A stretch of 64,000 nucleotides of DNA from Auanema rhodensis. Taxonomy: Eukaryota; Animalia; Nematoda. The notes under the pieces are model-generated. The model worked only from the letters and a program-made list of their open reading frames with translations, ran no database searches and was not told the DNA's origin. Numbering within the stretch: the stretch's first letter is position 1; each line of letters begins with the position of its first letter. The stretch spans positions 1 to 64,000 of the forward strand of contig CAXKVF010000074.1 in NCBI GenBank assembly GCA_964057225.1. Reading direction: 5' to 3'. The position numbers and the translations under genes are program-made. Shown piece after piece: positions 42,383 to 58,397 of the stretch.

Positions 42383-43438
42383 CCATATTAGTCTAAAAAC
42401 AAATTTTTATTGATATTGGTGCATGGTAACCATGACTTTGAAATTTACGTGAACTTTAATTTATGCTAATTAAATGTACACGTGATGTGCACTTGGTATG
42501 TAACTCGCTTCACGTGAAAGATAAAGAGATGCGGTTTTCAAAATTAGATTCCCCATGTCCATATTAGTCTAAAAACAAATTTTTATTGATATTGGTGCAT
42601 GGTAACCATGACTTTGAAATTTACGTGAACTTTAATTTATGCTAATTAAATGTACACGTGATGTGCACTTGGTATGTAACTCGCTTCACGTGAAAGATAA
42701 AGAGATGCGGTTTTCAAAATTAGATTCCCCATGTCCATATTAGTCTAAAAACAAATTTTTATTGATATTGGTTCATGGTAACCATGACTTTGAAATTTAC
42801 GTGAACTTTAATTTATGCTAATTAAATGTACACGTGATGTGCACTTGGTATGTAACTCGCTTCACGTGAAAGATGAAGAGATGCGGTTTTCAAAATTAGA
42901 TTCCCCATGTCCATATTAGTCTAAAAACAAATTTTTATTGATATTGGTGCATGGTAACCATGACTTTGAAATTTACGTGAACTTTAATTTATGCTAATTA
43001 AATGTACACGTGATGTGCACTTGGTATGTAACTCGCTTCACGTGAAAGATAAAGAGATGCGGTTTTCAAAATTAGATTCCCCATGTCCATATTAGTCTAA
43101 AAACAAATTTTTATCGATATTGGTGCATGGTAACCATGACTTTGAAATTTACGTGAACTTTAATTTATGCTAATTAAATGTACACGTGATGTGCACTTGG
43201 TATGTAACTCGCTTCACGTGAAAGATAAAGAGATGCGGTTTTCAAAATTAGATTCCCCATGTCCATATTAGTCTAAAAACAAATTTTTATTGATATTGGT
43301 TCATGGTAACCATGACTTTGAAATTTACGTGAACTTTAATTTATGCTAATTAAATGTACACGTGATGTGCACTTGGTATGTAACTCGCTTCACGTGAAAG
43401 ATAAAGAGATGCGGTTTTCAAAATTAGATTCCCCATGT

Positions 43439-45550
43439 CCATATTAGTCTAAAAACAAATTTTTATTGATATTGGTGCATGGTAACCATGACTTTGAAAT
43501 TTACGTGAACTTTAATTTATGCTAATTAAATGTACACGTGATGTGCACTTGGTATGTAACTCGCTTCACGTGAAAGATGAAGAGATGCGGTTTTCAAAAT
43601 TAGATTCCCCATGTCCATATTAGTCTAAAAACAAATTTTTATTGATATTGGTGCATGGTAACCATGACTTTGAAATTTACGTGAACTTTAATTTATGCTA
43701 ATTAAATGTACACGTGATGTGCACTTGGTATGTAACTCGCTTCACGTGAAAGATAAAGAGATGCGGTTTTCAAAATTAGATTCCCCATGTCCATATTAGT
43801 CTAAAAACAAATTTTTATTGATATTGGTGCATGGTAACCATGACTTTGAAATTTACGTGAACTTTAATTTATGCTAATTAAATGTACACGTGATGTGCAC
43901 TTGGTATGTAACTCGCTTCACGTGAAAGATAAAGAGATGCGGTTTTGAAAATTAGATTCCCCATGTCCATATTAGTCTAAAAACAAATTTTTATTGATAT
44001 TGGTTCATGGTAACCATGACTTTGAAATTTACGTGAACTTTAATTTATGCTAATTAAATGTACACGTGATGTGCACTTGGTATGTAACTCGCTTCACGTG
44101 AAAGATAAATTGATGCGGTTTTCAAAATTAGATTCCCCATGTCCATATTAGTCTAAAAACAAATTTTTATTGATATTGGTGCATGGTAACCATGACTTTG
44201 AAATTTACGTGAACTTTAATTTATGCTAATTAAATGTACACGTGATGTGCACTTGGTATGTAACTCGCTTCACGTGAAAGATAAAGAGATGCGGTTTTCA
44301 AAATTAGATTCCCCATGTCCATATTAGTCTAAAAACAAATTTTTATTGATATTGGTGCATGGTAACCATGACTTTGAAATTTACGTGAACTTTAATTTAT
44401 GCTAATTAAATGTACACGTGATGTGCACTTGGTATGTAACTCGCTTCACGTGAAAGATAAAGAGATGCGGTTTTCAAAATTAGATTCCCCATGTCCATAT
44501 TAGTCTAAAAACAAATTTTTATTGATATTGGTGCATGGTAACCATGACTTTGAAATTTACGTGAACTTTAATTTATGCTAATTAAATGTACACGTGATGT
44601 GCACTTGGTATGTAACTCGCTTCACGTGAAAGATGAAGAGATGCGGTTTTCAAAATTAGATTCCCCATGTCCATATTAGTCTAAAAACAAATTTTTATTG
44701 ATATTGGTGCATGGTAACCATGACTTTGAAATTTACGTGAACTTTAATTTATGCTAATTAAATGTACACGTGATGTGCACTTGGTATGTAACTCGCTTCA
44801 CGTGAAAGATAAAGAGATGCGGTTTTCAAAATTAGATTCCCCATGTCCATATTAGTCTAAAAACAAATTTTTATTGATATTGGTGCATGGTAACCATGAC
44901 TTTGAAATTTACGTGAACTTTAATTTATGCTAATTAAATGTACACGTGATGTGCACTTGGTATGTAACTCGCTTCACGTGAAAGATAAAGAGATGCGGTT
45001 TTGAAAATTAGATTCCCCATGTCCATATTAGTCTAAAAACAAATTTTTATTGATATTGGTTCATGGTAACCATGACTTTGAAATTTACGTGAACTTTAAT
45101 TTATGCTAATTAAATGTACACGTGATGTGCACTTGGTATGTAACTCGCTTCACGTGAAAGATAAATTGATGCGGTTTTCAAAATTAGATTCCCCATGTCC
45201 ATATTAGTCTAAAAACAAATTTTTATTGATATTGGTGCATGGTAACCATGACTTTGAAATTTACGTGAACTTTAATTTATGCTAATTAAATGTACACGTG
45301 ATGTGCACTTGGTATGTAACTCGCTTCACGTGAAAGATAAAGAGATGCGGTTTTCAAAATTAGATTCCCCATGTCCATATTAGTCTAAAAACAAATTTTT
45401 ATTGATATTGGTGCATGGTAACCATGACTTTGAAATTTACGTGAACTTTAATTTATGCTAATTAAATGTACACGTGATGTGCACTTGGTATGTAACTCGC
45501 TTCACGTGAAAGATAAAGAGATGCGGTTTTCAAAATTAGATTCCCCATGT
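43439..45550 (+). repeat. 6-monomer tandem higher-order repeat, two copies
   Basis: The GATGAAG / consensus / GGTTTTGAAA / GGTTC+AAATTGATG / consensus / consensus series repeats at 1056 bp (43947/45003). Confidence 0.88.
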
Positions 45551-48500
45551 CCATATTAGTCTAAAAACAAATTTTTATTGATATTGCTTCATGGTAACCA
45601 TGACTTTGAAATTTACGTGAACTTTAATTTATGCTAATTAAATGTACACGTGATGTGCACTTGGTATGTAACTCGCTTCACGTGAAAGATGAAGAGATGC
45701 GGTTTTCAAAATTAGATTCCCCATGTCCATATTAGTCTAAAAACAAATTTTTATTGATATTGGTTCATGGTAACCATGACTTTGAAATTTACGTGAACTT
45801 TAATTTATGCTAATTAAATGTACACGTGATGTGCACTTGGTATGTAACTCGCTTCACGTGAAAGATAAAGAGATGCGGTTTTCAAAATTAGATCCCCCAT
45901 GTTCATATTAGTCTAAAAACAAATTTTTATTGATATTGGTGCATGGTAACCATGACTTTGAAATTTACGTGAACTTTAATTTATGCTAATTAAATGTACA
46001 CGTGATGTGCACTTGGTATGTAACTCGCTTCACGTGAAAGATAAAGAGATGCGGTTTTCAAAATTAGATTCCCCATGTCCATATTAGTCTAAAAACAAAT
46101 TTTTATTGATATTGCTTCATGGTAACCATGACTTTGAAATTTACGTGAACTTTAATTTATGCTAATTAAATGTACACGTGATGTGCACTTGGTATGTAAC
46201 TCGCTTCACGTGAAAGATAAAGAGATGCGGTTTTCAAAATTAGATTCCCCATGTCCATATTAGTCTAAAAACAAATTTTTATTGATATTGCTTCATGGTA
46301 ACCATGACTTTGAAATTTACGTGAACTTTAATTTATGCTAATTAAATGTACACGTGATGTGCACTTGGTATGTAACTCGCTTCACGTGAAAGATAAAGAG
46401 ATGCGGTTTTCAAAATTAGATTCCCCATGTCCATATTAGTCTAAAAACAAATTTTTATTGATATTGGTTCATGGTAACCATGACTTTGAAATTTACGTGA
46501 ACTTTAATTTATGCTAATTAAATGTACACGTGATGTGCACTTGGTATGTAACTCGCTTCACGTGAAAGATAAAGAGATGCGGTTTTCAAAATTAGATTCC
46601 CCATGTCCATATTAGTCTAAAAACAAATTTTTATTGATATTGGTGCATGGTAACCATGACTTTGAAATTTACGTGAACTTTAATTTATGCTAATTAAATG
46701 TACACGTGATGTGCACTTGGTATGTAACTCGCTTCACGTGAAAGATAAAGAGATGCGGTTTTCAAAATTAGATTCCCCATGTCCATATTAGTCTAAAAAC
46801 AAATTTTTATTGATATTGCTTCATGGTAACCATGACTTTGAAATTTACGTGAACTTTAATTTATGTTAATTAAATGTACACGTGATGTGCACTTGGTATG
46901 TAACTCGCTTCACGTGAAAGATAAAGAGATGCGGTTTTCAAAATTAGATTTCCCATGTCCATATTAGTCTAAAAACAAATTTTTATTGATATTGCTTCAT
47001 GGTAACCATGACTTTGAAATTTACGTGAACTTTAATTTATGCTAATTAAATGTACACGTGATGTGCACTTGGTATGTAACTCGCTTCACGTGAAAGATAA
47101 AGAGATGCGGTTTTTAAAATTAGATTCCCCATGTCCATATTAGTCTAAAAACAAATTTTTATTGATATTGGTTCATGGTAACCATGACTTTGAAATTTAC
47201 GTGAACTTTAATTTATGCTAATTAAATGTACACGTGATGTGCACTTGGTATGTAACTCGCTTCACGTGAAAGATAAAGAGATGCGGTTTTCAAAATTAGA
47301 TTCCCCATGTCCATATTAGTCTAAAAACAAATTTTTATTGATATTGGTGCATGGTAACCATGACTTTGAAATTTACGTGAACTTTAATTTATGCTAATTA
47401 AATGTACACGTGATGTGCACTTGGTATGTAACTCGCTTCACGTGAAAGATGAAGAGATGCGGTTTTCAAAATTAGATTCCCCATGTCCATATTAGTCTAA
47501 AAACAAATTTTTATTGATATTGGTGCATGGTAACCATGACTTTGAAATTTACGTGAACTTTAATTTATGCTAATTAAATGTACACGTGATGTGCACTTGG
47601 TATGTAACTCGCTTCACGTGAAAGATAAAGAGATGCGGTTTTCAAAATTAGATTCCCCATGTCTATATTAGTCTAAAAACAAATTTTTATTGATATTGGT
47701 GCATGGTAACCATGACTTTGAAATTTACGTGAACTTTAATTTATGCTAATTAAATGTACACGTGATGTGCACTTGGTATGTAACTCGCTTCACGTGAAAG
47801 ATAAAGAGATGCGGTTTTCAAAATTAGATTCCCCATGTCCATATTAGTCTAAAAACAAATTTTTATTGATATTGGTGCATGGTAACCATGACTTTGAAAT
47901 TTACGTGAACTTTAATTTATGCTAATTAAATGTACACGTGATGTGCACTTGGTATGTAACTCGCTTCACGTGAAAGATAAATTGATGCGGTTTTCAAAAT
48001 TAGATTCCCCATGTCCATATTAGTCTAAAAACAAATTTTTATTGATATTGGTGCATGGTAACCATGACTTTGAAATTTACGTGAACTTTAATTTATGCTA
48101 ATTAAATGTACACGTGATGTGCACTTGGTATGTAACTCGCTTCACGTGAAAGATAAAGAGATGCGGTTTTCAAAATTAGATTCCCCATGTCCATATTAGT
48201 CTAAAAACAAATTTTTATTGATATTGCTTCATGGTAACCATGACTTTGAAATTTACGTGAACTTTAATTTATGCTAATTAAATGTACACGTGATGTGCAC
48301 TTGGTATGTAACTCGCTTCACGTGAAAGATAAAGAGATGCGGTTTTCAAAATTAGATTCCCCATGTCCATATTAGTCTAAAAACAAATTTTTATTGATAT
48401 TGCTTCATGGTAACCTTGACTTTGAAATTTACGTGAACTTTAATTTATGCTAATTAAATGTACACGTGATGTGCACTTGGTATGTAACTCGCTTCACGTG

Positions 48501-51005
48501 AAAGATAAAGAGATGCGGTTTTCAAAATTAGATTCCCCATGTCCATATTAGTCTAAAAACAAATTTTTATTGATATTGGTTCATGGTAACCATGACTTTG
48601 AAATTTACGTGAACTTTAATTTATGCTAATTAAATGTACACGTGATGTGCACTTGGTATGTAACTCGCTTCACGTGAAAGATAAAGAGATGCGGTTTTCA
48701 AAATTAGATTCCCCATGTCCATATTAGTCTAAAAACGAATTTTTATTGATATTGGTTCATGGTAACCATGACTTTGAAATTTACGTGAACTTTAATTTAT
48801 GCTAATTAAATGTACACGTGATGTGCACTTGGTATGTAACTCGCTTCACGTGAAAGATAAAGAGATGCGGTTTTCAAAATTAGATTCCCCATGTCCATAT
48901 TAGTCTAAAAGAAATTTTTATTGATATTGCTTCATGGTAACCATGACTTTGAAATTTACGTGAACTTTAATTTATGCTAATTAAATGTACACGTGATGTG
49001 CACTTGGTATGTAACTCGCTTCACGTGAAAGATAAAGAGATGCGGTTTTCAAAATTAGATTCCCCATGTCCATATTAGTCTAAAAACAAATTTTTATTGA
49101 TATTGGTTCATGGTAACCATGACTTTGAAATTTACGTGAACTTTAATTTATGCTAATTAAATGTACACGTGATGTGCACTTGGTATGTAACTCGCTTCAC
49201 GTGAAAGATGAAGAGATGCGGTTTTCAAAATTAGATTCCCCATGTCCATATTAGTCTAAAAACAAATTTTTATTGATATTGGTTCATGGTAACCATGACT
49301 TTGAAATTTACGTGAACTTTAATTTATGCTAATTAAATGTACACGTGATGTGCACTTGGTATGTAACTCGCTTCACGTGAAAGATAAAGAGATGCGGTTT
49401 TCAAAATTAGATCCCCCATGTTCATATTAGTCTAAAAACAAATTTTTATTGATATTGGTGCATGGTAACCATGACTTTGAAATTTACGTGAACTTTAATT
49501 TATGCTAATTAAATGTACACGTGATGTGCACTTGGTATGTAACTCGCTTCACGTGAAAGATAAAGAGATGCGGTTTTCAAAATTAGATTCCCCATGTCCA
49601 TATTAGTCTAAAAACAAATTTTTATTGATATTGCTTCATGGTAACCATGACTTTGAAATTTACGTGAACTTTAATTTATGCTAATTAAATGTACACGTGA
49701 TGTGCACTTGGTATGTAACTCGCTTCACGTGAAAGATAAAGAGATGCGGTTTTCAAAATTAGATTCCCCATGTCCATATTAGTCTAAAAACAAATTTTTA
49801 TTGATATTGCTTCATGGTAACCATGACTTTGAAATTTACGTGAACTTTAATTTATGCTAATTAAATGTACACGTGATGTGCACTTGGTATGTAACTCGCT
49901 TCACGTGAAAGATAAAGAGATGCGGTTTTCAAAATTAGATTCCCCATGTCCATATTAGTCTAAAAACAAATTTTTATTGATATTGCTTCATGGTAACCAT
50001 GACTTTGAAATTTACGTGAACTTTAATTTATGCTAATTAAATGTACACGTGATGTGCACTTGGTATGTAACTCGCTTCACGTGAAAGATAAAGAGATGCG
50101 GTTTTCAAAATTAGATTCCCCATGTCCATATTAGTCTAAAAACAAATTTTTATTGATATTGGTGCATGGTAACCATGACTTTGAAATTTACGTGAACTTT
50201 AATTTATGCTAATTAAATGTACACGTGATGTGCACTTGGTATGTAACTCGCTTCACGTGAAAGATGAAGAGATGCGGTTTTCAAAATTAGATTCCCCATG
50301 TCCATATTAGTCTGAAAACAAATTTTTATTGATATTGGTGCATGGTAACCATGACTTTGAAATTTACGTGAACTTTAATTTATGCTAATTAAATGTACAC
50401 GTGATGTGCACTTGGTATGTAACTCGCTTCACGTGAAAGATAAAGAGATGCGGTTTTCAAAATTAGATTCCCCATGTCCATATTAGTCTAAAAACAAATT
50501 TTTATTGATATTGGTGCATGGTAACCATGACTTTGAAATTTACGTGAACTTTAATTTATGCTAATTAAATGTACACGTGATGTGCACTTGGTATGTAACT
50601 CGCTTCACGTGAAAGATAAAGAGATGCGGTTTTCAAAATTAGATCCCCCATGTCCATATTAGTCTAAAAACAAATTTTTATTGATATTGGTGCATGGTAA
50701 CCATGACTTTGAAATTTACGTGAACTTTAATTTATGCTAATTAAATGTACACGTGATGTGCACTTGGTATGTAACTCGCTTCACGTGAAAGATAAAGAGA
50801 TGCGGTTTTCAAAATTAGATTCCCCATGTCCATATTAGTCTAAAAACAAATTTTTATTGATATTGGTGCATGGTAACCATGACTTTGAAATTTACGTGAA
50901 CTTTAATTTATGCTAATTAAATGTACACGTGATGTGCACTTGGTATGTAACTCGCTTCACGTGAAAGATAAAGAGATGCGGTTTTCAAAATTAGATTCCC
51001 CATGT

Positions 51006-53293
51006 CCATATTAGTCTAAAAACAAATTTTTATTGATATTGCTTCATGGTAACCATGACTTTGAAATTTACGTGAACTTTAATTTATGCTAATTAAATGT
51101 ACACGTGATGTGCACTTGGTATGTAACTCGCTTCACGTGAAAGATAAAGAGATGCGGTTTTCAAAATTAGATTCCCCATGTCCATATTAGTCTAAAAACA
51201 AATTTTTATTGATATTGGTGCATGGTAACCATGACTTTGAAATTTACGTGAACTTTAATTTATGCTAATTAAATGTACACGTGATGTGCACTTGGTATGT
51301 AACTCGCTTCACGTGAAAGATAAAGAGATGCGGTTTTCAAAATTAGATTCCCCATGTCCATATTAGTCTAAAAACAAATTTTTATTGATATTGCTTCATG
51401 GTAACCATGACTTTGAAATTTACGTGAACTTTAATTTATGCTAATTAAATGTACACGTGATGTGCACTTGGTATGTAACTCGCTTCACGTGGAAAGATAA
51501 AGAGATGCGGTTTTCAAAATTAGATTCCCCATGTCCATATTAGTCTAAAAACAAATTTTTATTGATATTGGTGCATGGTAACCATGACTTTGAAATTTAC
51601 GTGAACTTTAATTTATGCTAATTAAATGTACACGTGATGTGCACTTGGTATGTAACTCGCTTCACGTGAAAGATGAAGAGATGCGGTTTTCAAAATTAGA
51701 TTCCCCATGTCCATATTAGTCTGAAAACAAATTTTTATTGATATTGGTGCATGGTAACCATGACTTTGAAATTTACGTGAACTTTAATTTATGCTAATTA
51801 AATGTACACGTGATGTGCACTTGGTATGTAACTCGCTTCACGTGAAAGATAAAGAGATGCGGTTTTCAAAATTAGATTCCCCATGTCCATATTAGTCTAA
51901 AAACAAATTTTTATTGATATTGGTGCATGGTAACCATGACTTTGAAATTTACGTGAACTTTAATTTATGCTAATTAAATGTACACGTGATGTGCACTTGG
52001 TATGTAACTCGCTTCACGTGAAAGATAAAGAGATGCGGTTTTCAAATTAGATTCCCCATGTCCATATTAGTCTAAAAACAAATTTTTATTGATATTGCTT
52101 CATGGTAACCATGACTTTGAAATTTACGTGAACTTTAATTTATGCTAATTAAATGTACACGTGATGTGCACTTGGTATGTAACTCGCTTCACGTGAAAGA
52201 TAAAGAGATGCGGTTTTCAAAATTAGATTCCCCATGTCCATATTAGTCTAAAAACAAATTTTTATTGATATTGGTGCATGGTAACCATGACTTTGAAATT
52301 TACGTGAACTTTAATTTATGCTAATTAAATGTACACGTGATGTGCACTTGGTATGTAACTCGCTTCACGTGAAAGATAAAGAGATGCGGTTTTCAAAATT
52401 AGATTCCCCATGTCCATATTAGTCTAAAAACAAATTTTTATTGATATTGCTTCATGGTAACCATGACTTTGAAATTTACGTGAACTTTAATTTATGCTAA
52501 TTAAATGTACACGTGATGTGCACTTGGTATGTAACTCGCTTCACGTGAAAGATAAAGAGATGCGGTTTTCAAAATTAGATTCCCCATGTCCATATTAGTC
52601 TAAAAACAAATTTTTATTGATATTGGTGCATGGTAACCATGACTTTGAAATTTACGTGAACTTTAATTTATGCTAATTAAATGTACACGTGATGTGCACT
52701 TGGTATGTAACTCGCTTCACGTGAAAGATAAAGAGATGCGGTTTTCAAAATTAGATTCCCCATGTCCATATTAGTCTAAAAACAAATTTTTATTGATATT
52801 GCTTCATGGTAACCATGACTTTGAAATTTACGTGAACTTTAATTTATGCTAATTAAATGTACACGTGATGTGCACTTGGTATGTAACTCGCTTCACGTGG
52901 AAGATAAAGAGATGCGGTTTTCAAAATTAGATTCCCCATGTCCATATTAGTCTAAAAACAAATTTTTATTGATATTGGTGCATGGTAACCATGACTTTGA
53001 AATTTACGTGAACTTTAATTTATGCTAATTAAATGTACACGTGATGTGCACTTGGTATGTAACTCGCTTCACGTGAAAGATGAAGAGATGCGGTTTTCAA
53101 AATTAGATTCCCCATGTCCATATTAGTCTGAAAACAAATTTTTATTGATATTGGTGCATGGTAACCATGACTTTGAAATTTACGTGAACTTTAATTTATG
53201 CTAATTAAATGTACACGTGATGTGCACTTGGTATGTAACTCGCTTCACGTGAAAGATGAAGAGATGCGGTTTTCAAAATTAGATTCCCCATGT
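51006..53293 (+). repeat. Partial higher-order duplication with 8-monomer offset
   Basis: The series GCTTC / consensus / GCTTC+CACGTGG / GATGAAG / TCTGAAA starts at 51006 and at 52414 (1408 bp). Confidence 0.7.
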
Positions 53294-56200
53294 CCATATT
53301 AGTCTGAAAACAAATTTTTATTGATATTGGTGCATGGTAACCATGACTTTGAAATTTACGTGAACTTTAATTTATGCTAATTAAATGTACACGTGATGTG
53401 CACTTGGTATGTAACTCGCTTCACGTGAAAGATAAAGAGATGCGGTTTTCAAAATTAGATTCCCCATGTCCATATTAGTCTAAAAACAAATTTTTATTGA
53501 TATTGGTGCATGGTAACCATGACTTTGAAATTTACGTGAACTTTAATTTATGCTAATTAAATGTACACGTGATGTGCACTTGGTATGTAACTCGCTTCAC
53601 GTGAAAGATAAAGAGATGCGGTTTTCAAAATTAGATTCCCCATGTCCATATTAGTCTAAAAACAAATTTTTATTGATATTGCTTCATGGTAACCATGACT
53701 TTGAAATTTACGTGAACTTTAATTTATGCTAATTAAATGTACACGTGATGTGCACTTGGTATGTAACTCGCTTCACGTGAAAGATAAAGAGATGCGGTTT
53801 TCAAAATCAGATTCCCCATGTCCATATTAGTCTAAAAACAAATTTTTATTGATATTGGTGCATGGTAACCATGACTTTGAAATTTACGTGAACCTTAATT
53901 TATGCTAATTAAATGTACACGTGATGTGCACTTGGTATGTAACTCGCTTCACGTGAAAGATAAAGAGATGCGGTTTTCAAAATTAGATTCCCCATGTCCA
54001 TATTAGTCTAAAAACAAATTTTTATTGATATTGGTGCATGGTAACCATGACTTTGAAATTTACGTGAACTTTAATTTATGCTAATTAAATGTACACGTGA
54101 TGTGCACTTGGTATGTAACTCGCTTCACGTGAAAGATGAAGAGATGCGGTTTTCAAAATTAGATTCCCCATGTCCATATTAGTCTGAAAACAAATTTTTA
54201 TTGATATTGGTGCATGGTAACCATGACTTTGAAATTTACGTGAACTTTAATTTATGCTAATTAAATGTACACGTGATGTGCACTTGGTATGTAACTCGCT
54301 TCACGTGAAAGATAAAGAGATGCGGTTTTCAAAATTAGATTCCCCATGTCCATATTAGTCTAAAAACAAATTTTTATTGATATTGGTGCATGGTAACCAT
54401 GACTTTGAAATTTACGTGAACTTTAATTTATGCTAATTAAATGTACACGTGATGTGCACTTGGTATGTAACTCGCTTCACGTGAAAGATAAAGAGATGCG
54501 GTTTTCAAAATTAGATTCCCCATGTCCATATTAGTCTAAAAACAAATTTTTATTGATATTGGTGCATGGTAACCATGACTTTGAAATTTACGTGAACTTT
54601 AATTTATGCTAATTAAATGTACACGTGATGTGCACTCGGTATGTAACTCGCTTCACGTGAAAGATGAAGAGATGCGGTTTTCAAAATTAGATTCCCCATG
54701 TCCATATTAGTCTAAAAACAAATTTTTATTGATATTGGTGCATGGTAACCATGACTTTGAAATTTACGTGAACTTTAATTTATGCTAATTAAATGTACAC
54801 GTGATGTGCACTTGGTATGTAACTCGCTTCACGTGAAAGATAAAGAGATGCGGTTTTCAAAATTAGATTCCCCATGTCCATATTAGTCTAAAAACAAATT
54901 TTTATTGATATTGGTTCATGGTAACCATGACTTTGAAATTTACGTGAACTTTAATTTATGCTAATTAAATGTACACGTGATGTGCACTTGGTATGTAACT
55001 CGCTTCACGTGAAAGATAAAGAGATGCGGTTTTCAAAATTAGATTCCCCATGTCCATATTAGTCTAAAAACAAATTTTTATTGATATTGGTGCATGGTAA
55101 CCATGACTTTGAAATTTACGTGAACTTTAATTTATGCTAATTAAATGTACACGTGATGTGCACTTGGTATGTAACTCGCTTCACGTGAAAGATGAAGAGA
55201 TGCGGTTTTCAAAATTAGATTCCCCATGTCCATATTAGTCTAAAAACAAATTTTTATTGATATTGGTGCATGGTAACCATGACTTTGAAATTTACGTGAA
55301 CTTTAATTTATGCTAATTAAATGTACACGTGATGTGCACTTGGTATGTAACTCGCTTCACGTGAAAGATAAAGAGATGCGGTTTTCAAAATTAGATTCCC
55401 CATGTCCATATTAGTCTAAAAACAAATTTTTATTGATATTGGTGCATGGTAACCATGACTTTGAAATTTACGTGAACTTTAATTTATGCTAATTAAATGT
55501 ACACGTGATGTGCACTTGGTATGTAACTCGCTTCACGTGAAAGATAAAGAGATGCGGTTTTCAAAATTAGATTCCCCATGTCCATATTAGTCTAAAAACA
55601 AATTTTTATTGATATTGGTGCATGGTAACCATGACTTTGAAATTTACGTGAACTTTAATTTATGCTAATTAAATGTACACGTGATGTGCACTTGGTATGT
55701 AACTCGCTTCACGTGAAAGATGAAGAGATGCGGTTTTCAAAATTAGATTCCCCATGTCCATATTAGTCTGAAAACAAATTTTTATTGATATTGGTGCATG
55801 GTAACCATGACTTTGAAATTTACGTGAACTTTAATTTATGCTAATTAAATGTACACGTGATGTGCACTTGGTATGTAACTCGCTTCACGTGAAAGATAAA
55901 GAGATGCGGTTTTCAAAATTAGATTCCCCATGTCCATATTAGTCTAAAAACAAATTTTTATTGATATTGGTGCATGGTAACCATGACTTTGAAATTTACG
56001 TGAACTTTAATTTATGCTAATTAAATGTACACGTGATGTGCACTTGGTATGTAACTCGCTTCACGTGAAAGATAAAGAGATGCGGTTTTCAAAATTAGAT
56101 TCCCCATGTCCATATTAGTCTAAAAACAAATTTTTATTGATATTGGTGCATGGTAACCATGACTTTGAAATTTACGTGAACTTTAATTTATGCTAATTAA

Positions 56201-58397
56201 ATGTACACGTGATGTGCACTTGGTATGTAACTCGCTTCACGTGAAAGATAAAGAGATGCGGTTTTCAAAATTAGATTCCCCATGTCCATATTAAACTAAA
56301 AACAAATTTTTATTGATATTGGTTCATGGTAACCATGACTTTGAAATTTACGTGAACTTTAATTTATGCTAATTAAATGTACACGTGATGTGCACTTGGT
56401 ATGTAACTCGCTTCACGTGAAAGATAAAGAGATGCGGTTTTCAAAATTAGATTCCCCATGTCCATATTAGTCTAAAAACAAATTTTTATTGATATTGGTT
56501 CATGGTAACCATGACTTTGAAATTTACGTGAACTTTAATTTATGCTAATTAAATGTACACGTGATGTGCACTTGGTATGTAACTCGCTTCACGTGAAAGA
56601 TAAAGAGATGCGGTTTTCAAAATTAGATTCCCCATGTCCATATTAGTCTAAAAACAAATTTTTATTGATATTGCTTCATGGTAACCATGACTTTGAAATT
56701 TACGTGAACTTTAATTTATGCTAATTAAATGTACACGTGATGTGCACTTGGTATGTAACTCGCTTCACGTGAAAGATGAAGAGATGCGGTTTTCAAAATT
56801 AGATTCCCCATGTCCATATTAGTCTAAAAACAAATTTTTATTGATATTGGTGCATGGTAACCATGACTTTGAAATTTACGTGAACCTTAATTTATGCTAA
56901 TTAAATGTACACGTGATGTGCACTTGGTATGTAACTCGCTTCACGTGAAAGATAAAGAGATGCGGTTTTCAAAATTAGATTCCCCATGTCCATATTAGTC
57001 TAAAAACAAATTTTTATTGATATTGGTGCATGGTAACCATGACTTTGAAATTTACGTGAACTTTAATTTATGCTAATTAAATGTACACGTGATGTGCACT
57101 TGGTATGTAACTCGCTTCACGTGAAAGATAAAGAGATGCGGTTTTCAAAATTAGATTCCCCATGTCCATATTAGTCTAAAAACAAATTTTTATTGATATT
57201 GGTGCATGGTAACCATGACTTTGAAATTTACGTGAACTTTAATTTATGCTAATTAAATGTACACGTGATGTGCACTTGGTATGTAACTCGCTTCACGTGA
57301 AAGATAAAGAGATGCGGTTTTCAAAATTAGATTCCCCATGTCCATATTAGTCTAAAAACAAATTTTTATTGATATTGCTTCATGGTAACCATGACTTTGA
57401 AATTTACGTGAACTTTAATTTATGCTAATTAAATGTACACGTGATGTGCACTTGGTATGTAACTCGCTTCACGTGAAAGATAAAGAGATGCGGTTTTCAA
57501 AATTAGATTCCCCATGTCCATATTAGTCTAAAAACAAATTTTTATTGATATTGGTGCATGGTAACCATGACTTTGAAATTTACGTGAACTTTAATTTATG
57601 CTAATTAAATGTACACGTGATGTGCACTTGGTATGTAACTCGCTTCACGTGAAAGATAAAGAGATGCGGTTTTCAAAATTAGATTCCCCATGTCCATATT
57701 AGTCTAAAAACAAATTTTTATTGATATTGGTGCATGGTAACCATGACTTTGAAATTTACGTGAACTTTAATTTATGCTAATTAAATGTACACGTGATGTG
57801 CACTTGGTATGTAACTCGCTTCACGTGAAAGATAAAGAGATGCGGTTTTCAAAATTAGATTCCCCATGTCCATATTAGGCTAAAAACAAATTTTTATTGA
57901 TATTGGTGCATGGTAACCATGACTTTGAAATTTACGTGAACTTTAATTTATGCTAATTAAATGTACACGTGATGTGCACTTGGTATGTAACTCGCTTCAC
58001 GTGAAAGATAAAGAGATGCGGTTTTCAAAATTAGATTCCCCATGTCCATATTAGTCTACAAACAAATTTTTATTGATATTGGTTCATGGTAACCATGACT
58101 TTGAAATTTACGTGAACTTTAATTTATGCTAATTAAATGTACACGTGATGTGCACTTGGTATGTAACTCGCTTCACGTGAAAGATAAAGAGATGCGGTTT
58201 TCAAAATTAGATTCCCCATGTCCATATTAGTCTAAAAACAAATTTTTATTGATATTGGTGCATGGTAACCATGACTTTGAAATTTACGTGAACTTTAATT
58301 TATGCTAATTAAATGTACACGTGATGTGCACTTGGTATGTAACTCGCTTCACGTGAAAGATGAAGAGATGCGGTTTTCAAAATTAGATTCCCCATGT

